Source of the DNA: the human T2T-CHM13v2.0 reference genome, Homo sapiens
Reading direction: 5' to 3' (one strand)
DNA: 64,000 nt
Assembly: GCF_009914755.1 (NCBI RefSeq)
Contig: NC_060925.1
Shown here: piece after piece, positions 26,286 through 39,025 of the stretch
Layout of the letters: each line of letters opens with the position of its first letter
Position numbering within the stretch: position 1 is the stretch's first letter
Translations under genes and position numbers: made by a program
The notes under the pieces: model-generated
Databases searched by the model: none
Told to the model about the DNA's origin: nothing
Seen by the model: only the letters and a program-made list of their open reading frames with translations

Positions 26286-26839
26286 TCCAGGACCCCAGGC
26301 TGCACTGGCCCTCACGCCTCCTTAGTCCCCTGCACCTGTGACCCTTTCCTGGCCTGTCTTCGTTTCACCGCCTTGACAGCTTTGCAGAGTGCTGCTCAGG
26401 TATTCTGCAAGATGCCCCTCAATTGGTGTGTGTGTGATATTCTCTCTGATTACATTGGAACTGTGCGTTTGCGGAAGAACACGGCGGAGGTGGAGCGCTC
26501 TTCTCATCACGTGCTCTCAGGGGCCACGATGTCAACATGCCTCATCACTGGTGGTCTGGACCTTGATCACACGGCCAAGGTGAGGCCTGCCAGGTCTCCC
26601 CACGGGAGAGTGACTGTTTTCCTCTCCATGTCCTGCTGGTTAAGAGTGAGTCATGAAGTCCAGCATGAGCTCCAACTCCTACAGGAAGGAGCATCAAAGA
26701 ATTTGGGCACCGCGGTAATTACTGAACATTTAGGGGAGACACTTTGACAGTATACAAATATCTTCTTTCTCCTTAAACTTTGCACAGGAATTTTAGCATT
26801 CCTCAGGGGAGCTTGCCTGCAGCACTGATGGTGATTTTC

Positions 26840-27420
<581 letters not shown>

Positions 27421-27889
27421 TAATTTATTCAATAATTTATTTATATGCTTACGAATCCATGGACATTCATTTTATTCTTTGGGGCATAATCCGATTTGTG
27501 TGTGTGTGTGTGTGTATGTCTGTGTGAGTGTGTGTGCACTCAAATCATTGTAGCTGTGGCCACTGGGAGCTCTTACATTTTGGGTTCCATGCCCTTTTGA
27601 AATGCCCACAGCTTTTTAAAAATTTTATTTTTGAGCATTTTCTTACTTCCTGGGACTACAAGATGCTCCAGGTTCATCTTGTATTTTCTCTCCCACATCC
27701 CAATTATCAGCCATTTCTCCAGGGAGACTTGGCTCCTTTTATTGAAGATGAAATTTAGAAACTAACATCTGGGCATGGAATGTGCTTGCTGCTACTGGGG
27801 TGTCCCCTCTCAAAGGACAAACCCAGGATCTACAGATGTGTGTGCTAAGCCATGTATGCACACGCACGTGTGTGTGTATATATTTAACC

Positions 27890-28222
27890 TATCTGTATAT
27901 ATGTATTATGTAAACATGAGTTCCTGCTGGCATATCTGACTATAACTGACCACCTCAGGGTCCATTCTGATCTGTATATATGTATCATGTAAACATGAGT
28001 TCCTGCTGGCATATCTGTCTATAACCGACCACCTTAGGGTCCATTCTGATCTGTATATATGTATAATATATATTATATATGGTCCTCAGGGTCCATTCTG
28101 ATCTGTATATATGTATCATGTAAACATGAGTTCCTGCTGGCATATCTGTCTATAACCGACCACCTTAGGGTCCATTCTGATCTGTATATATGTATAATAT
28201 ATATTATATATGGACCTCAGGG
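27890..28222. repeat. Composite tandem repeat of ~79-bp and ~50-bp units
   Basis: ATCTGTATATATGTA recurs five times with pattern A-A-B-A-B. Confidence 0.85.
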
Positions 28223-29204
28223 TCCCCGCTGGCTTTTCCATGACTTCCTTATCCAGCTGTGAGAACCCTGACTCTTACTACTGTATTGACTTATTTGTGA
28301 AACCTTAGTATATATAAAAGTAGTTTCAAAGTTGCTAACATGTATTGCTGTGGGAAACAATTTTACCAATTGGAGTTTAGTGCTTAGATATGCAGAGTTA
28401 TTTGATTCTTTCCAGAATCTAATCAAAACACTGTTTTTGGACTTACCCAGGTCAGCTCCTTTCTGCCCACTCTTTCAGCGCAGGCGTGTCCTGCTGTGGA
28501 ACACACTCTGGGATTCCTGTGTGGGTCTGTACCCATCCTGTACCCGTCAGGACCCCCGGGCCCTGACTCTTGATGTTGTTCTTGCTCCTCTTGTTGATCT
28601 TGTTGTTCCCACAGTGAGGTCCAGTCCTGTGGGGTTTGACAAGCACAGCATCACGTACCCAACTCTGTAGAGCCACACAGAAGACTTTCATCCCTCAAAA
28701 ATGGCCCCAGTTCGGCCCCTCGGTAGTAAACTCCTCTCTCCTCACTCACCCACTGGCAAATACTGATCTGTTTCTGTCCCGATAATTGTGTCTTTCCATA
28801 TACACAAAAGTGAAGTCTGAGGGTGAGGCCCATGGCCTTGGGAAGCAGGCATAAGTTGGGGGGGGTGGGCACACAGGGTCACCGCGGAAGAAGATCCATG
28901 CTGCCCACACAGCCACATGTGGGACAGGGCAGGACCAGCCCCCCAAGCTGTGAACCTCGCCCGAGGCTATGCCCCACTCTGGAGCAGAACGGCCTCTGCA
29001 GAGCTTCCACCATGCACATAGGCTGTGCACAGCCAGGCCAGGAAGGGGAGGGCCCCTGTCTGCAGAGACAGGCCCATCCTGGACAGGAGGGAACAGCATT
29101 CCAGGCAGATCCGCCACTGGCTGCTGTTCCCAGAGTGGCTGTGTCCCCTCTGCAGCGTCCACACCCAGCCAGCCTCCCTGCCTCCCTCTGCAGCTGTCGC
29201 TCTC

Positions 29205-29355
29205 CACCCTCCTCTCCTTTCTTCTCTCCATCCCCCCTCCATCCCCGTCTCCTTTCTCCTCTCCATCCCCCTCTCCATCCCCCTCTCCATCTCCCTCTCC
29301 TTTCTCCTCTCCATCCCCCTCTCCTTTCTCCCTCTCCATCCCCCTCTCCTTTCTT
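29205..29355. repeat. Polypyrimidine simple repeat (CTCTCCATCCCC)n
   Basis: Direct reading. Confidence 0.85.
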
Positions 29356-29814
29356 CATGGCTCTTTCCCTTTCCTGCCACAACTGAACTGAGTGCAGGCG
29401 ATTTTCACTGCCTGCTGGCTTTATTCAGCTTCAACTTCTTGACTTTAAAGGTGGATGCAGGAAATGTGTGTCTTGTGTCACACATGGAAATGTTGCTGAA
29501 ATAAGTTACTCTTCACTGATGTGGCCTCGAGGGTTTTCTGCTGGGTTTCTGGACCTTGTAAGCAAAGCAGACCCTCACCCGACTGACCTCCTGGCTGTGA
29601 CGATGTGTGTTTCTATCCCACACAGGGAGGGTGTTTATGGTCTGAAGTGAGGCCTCTCATTAACTCCTCAAGAGTCGATTGAAGCACAATTTATTAGAGC
29701 CCAGAAATCATGGCAATCCATTCCCACAAGCACACAGCACAGCTAAACCAGCTCCAAGGAGGGTCCGAGTGTCCACAACTGCACCCCAGGCCCATTGTGC
29801 CTGCCGCTGGAGAG

Positions 29815-30433
29815 TGTGGGGCCCCTTGGCCCCTAAAGGTTTGCTGAGAAGTCACTGACATGAGACAGATGGATTAATAGGAGAAACGGTATGCAAATTT
29901 ATGTGATGTGTACATATAAGAACCTTTAGAACGAAGACCCAACGATGGGGGAAATTGTCCATTTTTATGTTTAGGTTTAATAACGTATGAACAGTCCTCT
30001 AAAAAAAGGATTGGACACAAAGGGCTTGATCTAATGTGAATAGACTGAGTGGGAACCCAGCAAGGTCTGTCTAGATTTGTCTTCATCTCTGAGCATTTTC
30101 TTCTCTGGACGTGGGGCAGGGCCCTCTCTGGAATGACAGTCTCATGACCTACAGTCAAACAAGGGATGTTGGATCATTTCTCTCTAGTCAGCTCTTATAT
30201 AGAAAGGTAGACGGAAAACTGAGTAATATTTTTAGGTTTTCTGACCAGCTTTGGGGAGAAGGGGTTCTGATTTCTGTGACCGGCCTTGGGGAAAAAGAGA
30301 GTCTGGTTTCTACAGCGCCTTCGGGGAGAATGAGACTGAGAGACAGGAGGGCAGGAGAAGGTCAGAGACAACTTTTGCTTCTGAGGCTGCTGCTGAGGAC
30401 TTCATTTTGGGGCGTTGTTTTCTGAGCCCCAAC
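29815..30433 (-). mobile_element. ERV1 solo LTR (MER4 group; subfamily uncertain)
   Basis: Minus strand begins TGTTGGGGCTCAGAAAACAACGCCCCAAAATG; AATAAA-like signal near other end. Confidence 0.65.
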
Positions 30434-31112
30434 AGAAGGAAGGAAGCCTCTCCCTCCAGGGGTCAGTCCTGGGCCTCAGGGGCACCCTCGAAGCAGGCAG
30501 CTCAGCTCACAGAGCTCCCCTCGGCCATGTCCTCCACCTGCCCTTCCTTGGTCCAGCACCTCACCTGCACACACCTGTCTGGAGAGTCCCCAAGGTTGGA
30601 GAGCTGCTGAGTCAGCTGGGCCGAGCACACAGCGCAATACTTCCTTGTGCCTCCTAACCAGGATGGGTGACACCAGCCCATTTTATGGATGGGACAAGAA
30701 GAAGCTGGGCTGACAAGCCCAACATAGTGGAGCCAGCAACAGGCTTTTACTCTCCTCTCTGTCTCTTTGTCTCTCTCCCCCACCGCACCTCCATCCGCTC
30801 CATTCTCCTCTCTGCACATCAGCTTCCCAGACAATATTCTTGGTTTCTGTGGCTCCCAAACTGAAGCTTCCCCACAGTGGCTGCAACTATCCAGACCTGG
30901 GGCCACACTTGGGCCTCCAGGCAGGGGATCTAGTGATCACATTCTGGTCATGTCATCAGGCCAACTTGGCTGAGCTCTGCCCTCCTTATCTCTCTTCTCC
31001 CCTCGAGCCCTCACCCTGGTTACCTGCACAAGTAAACTTGCCCCTAACTGACCCCCTTTTCTCCCTCCATGTCCCTCAATACAACACTAACTCTGGCAAA
31101 AAAGACCAGCCT

Positions 31113-31409
<297 letters not shown>

Positions 31410-31819
31410 GACCAGCCTGAAGCAGAGATTGGGTCCCAGCCTGGCTCTGCCTGGCCCTCTGCTCCCGCTTCACCTCACAGACAGAACGCTGCCCTGTGGA
31501 GGGGTCCCCGGACCCTTTGGTGGGTGCCAAGCGGGTATGGAGGCCAAGGCCTGAGTGGTGAGAATAGTCCAGGGGCTAGCGCTGCGTGGGGAGGGCGAGC
31601 TCAGAGAGCAGGGGAGCCTGACCCTGCAGGTCAAGACTTCTGTCTGAGAGAAATGAAAAGCTGGGGATTTTAAGCAAAGGAATGCCTTGACCCAACCCTC
31701 ACAACTTACATAATAATTAACTTAAAAGGAATCATAAGTTTAAACAGAAAATCTATATAAGAGGTTTACAGTTTAATTTAAAAACTATAATAGGTTTATA
31801 GTTTTTAAATTAAAATTTT

Positions 31820-32760
31820 AAATATAGTGGTTTATAAAACTTTGAGAAGAAAACATAAAATCCCTATGAATGCTGCAAAAGTCACTGTTGAGAGAATGAA
31901 AACACAAGACATAGAGTTGGAGAAAATATTTGTGAATCTCATATCTGGCAAAGGAATTGTATCTAGAATACATAAAGAACTCTCAAAATCCAACAGTAAA
32001 AACACCAAATAATCCAGTTACAAACCGGGGAAGGATTTGAACAGATGCGTCACCAAGCAAGGGATATGGATGGGAAATAAGCTTCCATCAGCCACCAGGG
32101 AGATGCAAATTACAGCCACTAGGAAACGCTTTTCATTCATTCCGGGATGGCTGAAATGTAAGCACGGAAAATGCTGGGTGCCCGCAAGAACGCGGAGCAG
32201 CAGGCACTCATTCCCGATTAGCGGGAGCGCAAAGCGAAGGGGCGGCCTGTGGTGTTTTCCTGTAAAGTTGGGCACACGCTTCCCACATGACTCAGCAATT
32301 GCACTTCTGGGTATGTACCCGAGAGAAACAAAAGCTTATGTTCACACAAAAACCTACAACGCAAATGCACAAACAGCTCTATCCAACAACCATCCCACCC
32401 TGGAAGCAACCCAAACACGCTTCAGCGGCACAGGCGCCTCCACGCGGAACCCCACGCGGCGCTCAGCACGGACGAGGAGGGAGCCGCGCACGCGCGGTCG
32501 GCTCGGCGAGGAGCCGGTCTCCAAGTGCCGCCAGGTGCGGGATTTCCTCTGCAAAAGACAAACCACAGGGAGAGCTGCCGGGGCTGGGTCGGGGAGTGTG
32601 ACTGTGAACGGAGTTCTGGGGGTGATGTAACTGTTCTGTATCCACAGTGTTGCTACATGAATCTATAAATGTGTTAAACTCATAGAACTGTACACCAAAA
32701 AATAGCAGTTTTGCTGAATGTTAATTCAGAAATGAAATTAAAATTTTAAATTAACAACAA
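31820..32760 (+). mobile_element. Ancient L1M (L1ME/MD-like) fragment, locally CpG-rich
   Basis: GGAGAAAATATTTG...CATATCTGGCAAAGG; CAGCAATTGCACTTCTGGGTATGTACCCGAGAGAAAC; GTTCACACAAAAACCT. Confidence 0.75.
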
Positions 32761-33534
32761 GCAACTTTACAAGAGAAAAAAAAAAACCCCATTTCCTCCC
32801 CACAAAGCCACCTCATGAGCCTGGGTGGTGCCTAGCCAGTCCTGCTGCTGAACCTGCTCTGACCTGGCCTAAGGGTAGGACTCGAGGCTGGGAGCCAAGG
32901 GCCAACCACAGGACAGGCAGCAAGACCCGCTTCGCTGGTCTGTCACACACACCGCACCAAGTCGGTGTTCAGGATAAACCGGGGCACACTCTGAGCTGGG
33001 CCTGTCTCCGGCTTCATCCAAAAAGCCTGAGCTCTGGCAGGTGAAGGACCAGACGTTTCTGTGGGGCTATGGGCTTGTCTGGGAGGCAGCCACCTCTAAG
33101 CCACCCAGGATGGTTTCGGTTGTGTTTGGATGGAGTTCTGAGTTTTGCCAGTTAAAATTCCCCCTTCAGGAGCTCTCTATGGGGTTAAAGTGCAAGATTT
33201 GGGGTAGAAAAATGACAAGTCAGAGGACTGGAAGGAACATTATGGACTGTCCTCCCTTCTGCCTGAAGAGATGGGGAGACTCTCCCAGGCCATGTGGAAG
33301 ACCTCACAGGGGGACCAACTGCTGCCTTTCAGCCTGGCCGAGGGAAGAGCCCCTGACTCAGCCTCCGCAGGAGGAGGTGGGCTGGAACCAAGTTTCCCTG
33401 CATCAATCCAGGCAGGCAGCCCCGAACAGTGCACTCCAACATGGGATAGTGAGCCAGCTTGGGGGACGGCAGCTGTCTAAACAGGAGCGTGCAACCCCCA
33501 TGCTGAGAGCTCCCCAGGGTCACGACTACCCAGA

Positions 33535-33647
33535 GTCAGAGCTGCCCAGGGTCACAGCTACTCGAGGTCAGAGCTGCCCCAGATCAGGGCTGCCCAAGGT
33601 CAGAGCTGTCCTGGGTCAGAGCTGCCCACGGTCAGAGCTGTCCTGGG
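33535..33647. repeat. 16-bp minisatellite GGTCAGAGCTGCCCAG, about 7 copies
   Basis: TCAGAGCTG recurs at ~16-bp period. Confidence 0.8.
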
Positions 33648-34644
33648 CATCAGAGGCGCAGAGGTGGGAAGGGCTGGCTTCAGGTGGGAGTTATAGGTGG
33701 GAGTTATGCTACAAAGGGTCTTGAAGGCCAGTGTTGTTGACAGGGTAGGGTGCCTGGGTAATAGCAGAGGAAGAAAAAGGCTTAGAGTTGGAGGGAAAAA
33801 CATGAACTGGAGTTGGGGGAGTGCACCTGCCCCCTCAGAGACCACAAAGCCTCCCCAGGGCTGGGCTGTGGCTGCTGGAGCTCCCAGACCATGCCAAGTG
33901 TCAGAGCCTGGGCAAGACCCTCTGGGGCAGCCCGGAACCACCAGAGGTCAGAGCTGGAGGAGGCTCAGCTGGGGCCCTTGCACCAGGCAGGAGGCCCAGA
34001 AAAGAGACAGTGCTCTTGAACTGCAGGAAGGCAGCTCCGTAGAGAGGCAAATCTCACTCCAGCTCGGGCAATACTCAACTACACGGACGTGGATGCTCTC
34101 AAGGGGGCTTTGGGGCATGTGGTGTCGGCATTGGACCCAAATATGGGCTCAAAGCTTTCCTTTACCATATTCCTTCTACATTTTTCTTGCAGATTGAGAA
34201 GGGATAGGGAGGAGTTTAGGGAAGTGAGTGAAGCAGGAAGATGTTGACCAAGGGAAGTTAATTCCATAAAGAGGAGGATGAGGGGACAGAAAGGCAGGAG
34301 GAAGAGGAGGAGGAGAATCTTCGCACAGGGGGTGTCAGCTGATGGGGGCAGCATGGGCGCCCATGGAGCCCTTTAGGGGTCGTTGGTTGTGTGCAGAGAG
34401 GCCACAGCAGGCGAGGCAGGCAGTGTCTACCACCCCCAAGGAGACACCAAGAATCCCTGTCCTTAGGAAGTCCCCTCTTCCTCCTCTTGAGTCTCATCTC
34501 GGAAAGAGGGAGCTGTCAGTCAGAGCTCAGGCCAAACACTGGGGCTAATAGGGGTGAGAGCAGGGACCTGTGGGGTCCTCACCGCTGTCCCCTTCTCACC
34601 TTTCTGGCTCAGGCCAGGCTCAGCCCCCAGTGGTCTATTGTCTT

Positions 34645-34927
34645 TCTATCTGTCATCTATCTACCTACCCACCTATCTAACCATGCCATCTATTTCATCT
34701 ATTTTTATCTATCAACCATCTATCATATATCTACCTACCTACCTTTCCATCTATCATCTAGTTCATCTATTGCTATCTATTATCTAATTTGCCTATCAAG
34801 TATCTATCCATCATCTATTTCTATCATCTATCCATCACCTGTTACCTATCACCCATATACCAACTATCCCTATCTATCATCTATCTAGCCAGCAATCCAC
34901 CCATCATCTACTTCATCTATTTCTACC
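34645..34927. repeat. Degenerate (TATC/CATC)n
   Basis: Direct reading. Confidence 0.9.
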
Positions 34928-36343
34928 CGTCTCCCACCCCCTCTCCCCACCCCTCACCAGAGAGTATGCAAGCACGACCACGTCAACAGGCCCTGAAGTC
35001 ACAGGTTCACACAGCACGTTTTCTGCTCCATCACGTGTATGGGGCAGGGGGCAGCAGAGCTGGGGGAGAAGAGATAAAGGAATTATGTCAAACAGGGACT
35101 GTCTTGTCTGCCCCAAGGGCCTTTCCTCATCTATAAAGCAGATTTTTCTTGTAGAGCACCACGAGAGCTGTGAAATGGGAGTGAGGGGTGAGGCAGGCCA
35201 TGGGGCCTTCCACAAGGTGGGCAAGATGGTTGTCTCTGGGGAACCAGCTGGCCAGAGGGGGCCAAGTGCCAACCGGTCTGGATGAGAGCAAAGCAGCAGG
35301 CAGAAGGTTACAGAGGCAAGTGTCGGCACCAGGGGTGAACGCTGGGATTTTTCAAATCCAAGAGGCATTTCAAGTAAGGGGAAAACCTCCCCCGGGGCTG
35401 GGCTGAGAAGCTAGTCGGGTGATGGGATGAGTGAGAATGACAAGTTGTGTCTGATTGTCCTGGAGACCTGGCTGAGAACTCTGTGTGAGTCTCTTAGGTA
35501 GACGGTTACACTTGTTTTCAGTGAGAGTCAGTTTCCATAGAGAACTGCATGGTAGTCACCAAGAACCGAGGGGGCCCAGGAATGCCCCAGCAGTGGTCTG
35601 GAAGGGCTTGTGGGGCTGGGCAGGAGGTGGGTGGGGACCGGGTGCAGGCAGAGGGAATTCAAGGGTACAGAGGCAGAGAGATGGTGCCGCCTGGGGAACG
35701 CAGCGCACCCAGGACAGAACAGGCCTGAGAGCCACACACACTCACAGCGGCTTCCCAGAGTGTTTGTTTTCTATGTACCAAGATGCTCCCCCAAACCCTC
35801 TGCAGCCTGTTCCCTGCCTTGGGGGTCCTGAGGGCCACCCTTCGGGTATGGGGTTCAGGTCGCTATTCCTTTCTCGATGCCCCTGGTGTGTCCATGGGAT
35901 GAGCTGACTGGCCCACCTAGTGGGAGCCTGTGCACCACGGTTCGTGTGGCCCAGGGGAGGAGGTTTTGCCTTTCCTGGACCCCACTTTATGAAAGGAAAG
36001 CCTGAACCCCTGGGCCGGCTAGGGGAGTGAGCTAGGGTGGAGGGCAGTGCTGGTCATGGAGGGCAGTGTCCAGCCCTCTGCTCACCAGCTCCAAGAGTGA
36101 TTCTGGAAACGGAGCCCAGTCCCTGGGCCCAAACCTTTGCCTCTGCCCTTCTTTCTCTCTACAAATTAGAGGCCACATCCCTGGCCGCTGAAGCCTTGTA
36201 CCCTGACCCACTGTCTGAACCTGATGGAGTCTAAATGCAGTGAGCGGGTGCCAGCCTTCCCTGGAGCTCTGCAGAGGCAAGGAGGGGGTGGATGGAAAGA
36301 CGGGAGTCCCTCCCCTTAGGTGAGGGGGGGAACTAGGGCCCGG

Positions 36344-37091
36344 GGAGATGCCCAGGCCTGGCGGCCGGCACACGCGGGTTCTCTGTGGCCAGCAGGCGGC
36401 GCTGCAGGAGAGGAGATGCCCAGGCCAGGCGGCCGGCGCACGCGGGTTCTCTGTGGCCAGCAGGCGGCGCTGCAGGAGAGGAGATGCCCAGGCCAGGCGG
36501 CCGGCGCACGCGGGTTCTCTGTGGCCAGCAGGCGGCGCTGCAGGAGAGGAGATGCCCAGGCCTGGCGGCCGGCGCACGCGGGTTCTCTGTGGCCAGCAGG
36601 CGGCGCTGCAGGAGAGGAGATGCCCAGGCCTGGCGGCCGGCGCACGTGGGTTCTCTGTGGCCAGCAGGCGGCGCTGCAGGAGAGGAGATGCCCAGGCCAG
36701 GCGGCCGGCGCACGCGGGTTCTCTGTGGCCAGCAGGCGGCGCTGCAGGAGAGGAGATGCCCAGGCCTGGCGGCCGGCGCACGCGGGTTCTCTGTGGCCAG
36801 CAGGCGGCGCTGCAGGAGAGGAGATGCCCAGGCCTGGCGGCCGGCGCACGCGGGTTCTCTGTGGCCAGCAGGCGGCGATGCAGGAGAGGAGATGCCCAGG
36901 CCTGGCGGCCGGCGCACGCGGGTTCTCTGTGGCCAGCAGGCGGCGCTGCAGGAGAGGAGATGCCCAGGCCTGGCGGCCGGCGCACGCGGGTTCTCTGTGG
37001 CCAGCAGGCGGCGCTGCAGGAGAGGAGATGCCCAGGCCTGGCGGCCGGCGCACGCGGGCTCTCTGTGGCCAGCAGGCGGCGCTGCAGGAGA
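36344..37091. repeat. 68-bp GC-rich VNTR, 11 copies
   Basis: Units start at 36344+68n; 748 bp. Confidence 0.97.
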
Positions 37092-37560
37092 GCTCAGGAG
37101 CAGGGGCCTGGGCCTGCTCCGGGGGAATCCGCCCACCCCACCGCGGCGGCCTCTCCTGAGGTTCCCTAGTGGCCGCGAAGGGTGGGCTCAGGGTGAGGGG
37201 TCAGGCCACACCAGTGGGTGCGGGGATGGCTGCGGCCACGGGAGGGCGTCCAGGGAGGAGGCCGGAGCTCAGGCCCACTCTGCACACCCAGCCCGCCACC
37301 TCCCCCGGCTCTCTCTTCCTTCGTGCACATTCTGGGGCTCATGCTTCTGCTGTGGTCCCATTTAGCCAACCTGGCCAGCCTTTCATGCCTGCTTCATGGG
37401 TGAGACGTGGAGGCCAGGTCAGCCGCAGAGCCCGGGGCACACGCCGCAGCCAGCACAGCAGCAGGTGGGCGTCTGCGGCCGGGGCCAGCGCAGGGCCCAC
37501 TGGGCCTCGGAGGGGCCTCCCTGCCGACTCTGCCCCCGTCCTGTGGCCGTAAGTCCACCC
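36344..37560 (+). promoter_or_regulatory. CpG island with tandem CTCF-like motifs (TGGCCAGCAGGCGGCGCTG)
   Basis: One near-consensus CTCF core per 68-bp unit; high CpG density. Confidence 0.6.
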
Positions 37561-37640
37561 AGAGCGCTCGATCTTCCGTCCACCAGGCCAGGGATGCACG
37601 CAGAGTAAGGATGTGTGTGTCTACACATGTGGGGGTGTGG

Positions 37641-38150
37641 GTGTGACGGGGTGTGTGCTGTGTGAGAACGTGTGTGTAGTGTTCACATGTCCTCTGTGCG
37701 TGAGTCCCTGTGTGTGATGTTGTGTTCTCGGTGTGAGTTCATGAGTGTGACGGGGCGTGTGCTGTGTGAGAACGTGTGTGTAGTGTCCACATGTCCTCTG
37801 TGCGTGAGTCCCTGTGTGTGATGTTGTGTTCTTGGTGTGAGTTCATGGGTGTGACGGGGTGTGCTGTGTGAGAACGTGTGTGTAGTGTCCACATGTCCTC
37901 TGTGCGTGAGTCCCTGTGTGTGATGTTGTGTTCTCGGTGTGAGTTCATGGGTGTGACGGGGTGTGCTGTGTGAGAACGTGTGTGTAGTGTTCACATGTCC
38001 TCTGTGCGTGAGTCCCTGTGTGTGATGTTGTGTTCTCGGTGTGAGTTCATGGGTGTGACGGGGCGTGTGCTGTGTGAGAACATGTGTGTAGTGTTCATAT
38101 GTTCTCAGTGTGAGTTCATGTGTGTGACGGGGTGTGCTGTGTGAGAACCC
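37641..38150. repeat. TG-rich ~102-104-bp tandem repeat, about 4.5 copies
   Basis: ACATGTCCTCTG at 37685, 37789, 37891, 37993. Confidence 0.92.
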
Positions 38151-38214
38151 GTGTGCAGTGAGATCGTCCCCAAAGGTAGTTCAAAGCTGGGGCCCTTTCA
38201 TTTGCCAGGATCTA

Positions 38215-38481
38215 ACCCAGCTACTCAGGAGGCTGAGGCAGGAGGATCACTTTAGGCCAGGATTTTGAGAGCAGCCTGGACAATATAGTGAGACCCTGTC
38301 TCTACAAAAAAATTTTAAAAATTAGCCGAATGTGGTGGGGCATGCCTGTAGTCCCAGCTACTCCGGAGGCTGAGGTGGGAGGATTGCTTGAGCCCAGGAG
38401 TTTGAGGTTATAGTGAGTAGTGATGGCATCCCTGCCCTCTATCCTGGACGACAGACCAAGAGTCCAGCCCTAAAAAAAAAA
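38215..38481 (+). mobile_element. 5'-truncated AluJ
   Basis: GGAGGATTGCTTGAGCCCAGGAGTTTGAGG; A-tail. Confidence 0.85.
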
Positions 38482-38725
38482 TTTAATTAAAAATTTTTAA
38501 ATCTTTAAAAATTAAAAATCTTAAATTTTTCTTTAAGATTTATAAGAGGACTCAGTAAAGGCTGTGCTGGCAATAACATCAAACTACTGAATTCTTTAAG
38601 AACTCCTTGGAGATTATTATTTTGCATGACATAACTAAATATCTTAATGATTGACTTAATTACTTAGATGTCAGTCTGTATGTTTTTGGTGTCGTAAGTA
38701 CAAAGCTTAGAACTGTTACTTTTAG

Positions 38726-39025
<300 letters not shown>

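Noticed and set aside
23991-26747. 741-aa and overlapping ORFs with CxxC-like motifs
   Set aside because: A 47-bp repeat cycles through all three frames and gives the same peptide; stops occur only at TAG variant units
28746-29504. Ser/Pro- or Gly/Glu-rich ORFs
   Set aside because: Translation of a polypyrimidine simple repeat
36032-37365. Six overlapping 245-326 aa ORFs on both strands
   Set aside because: Stop-free GC-rich 68-bp VNTR artefact
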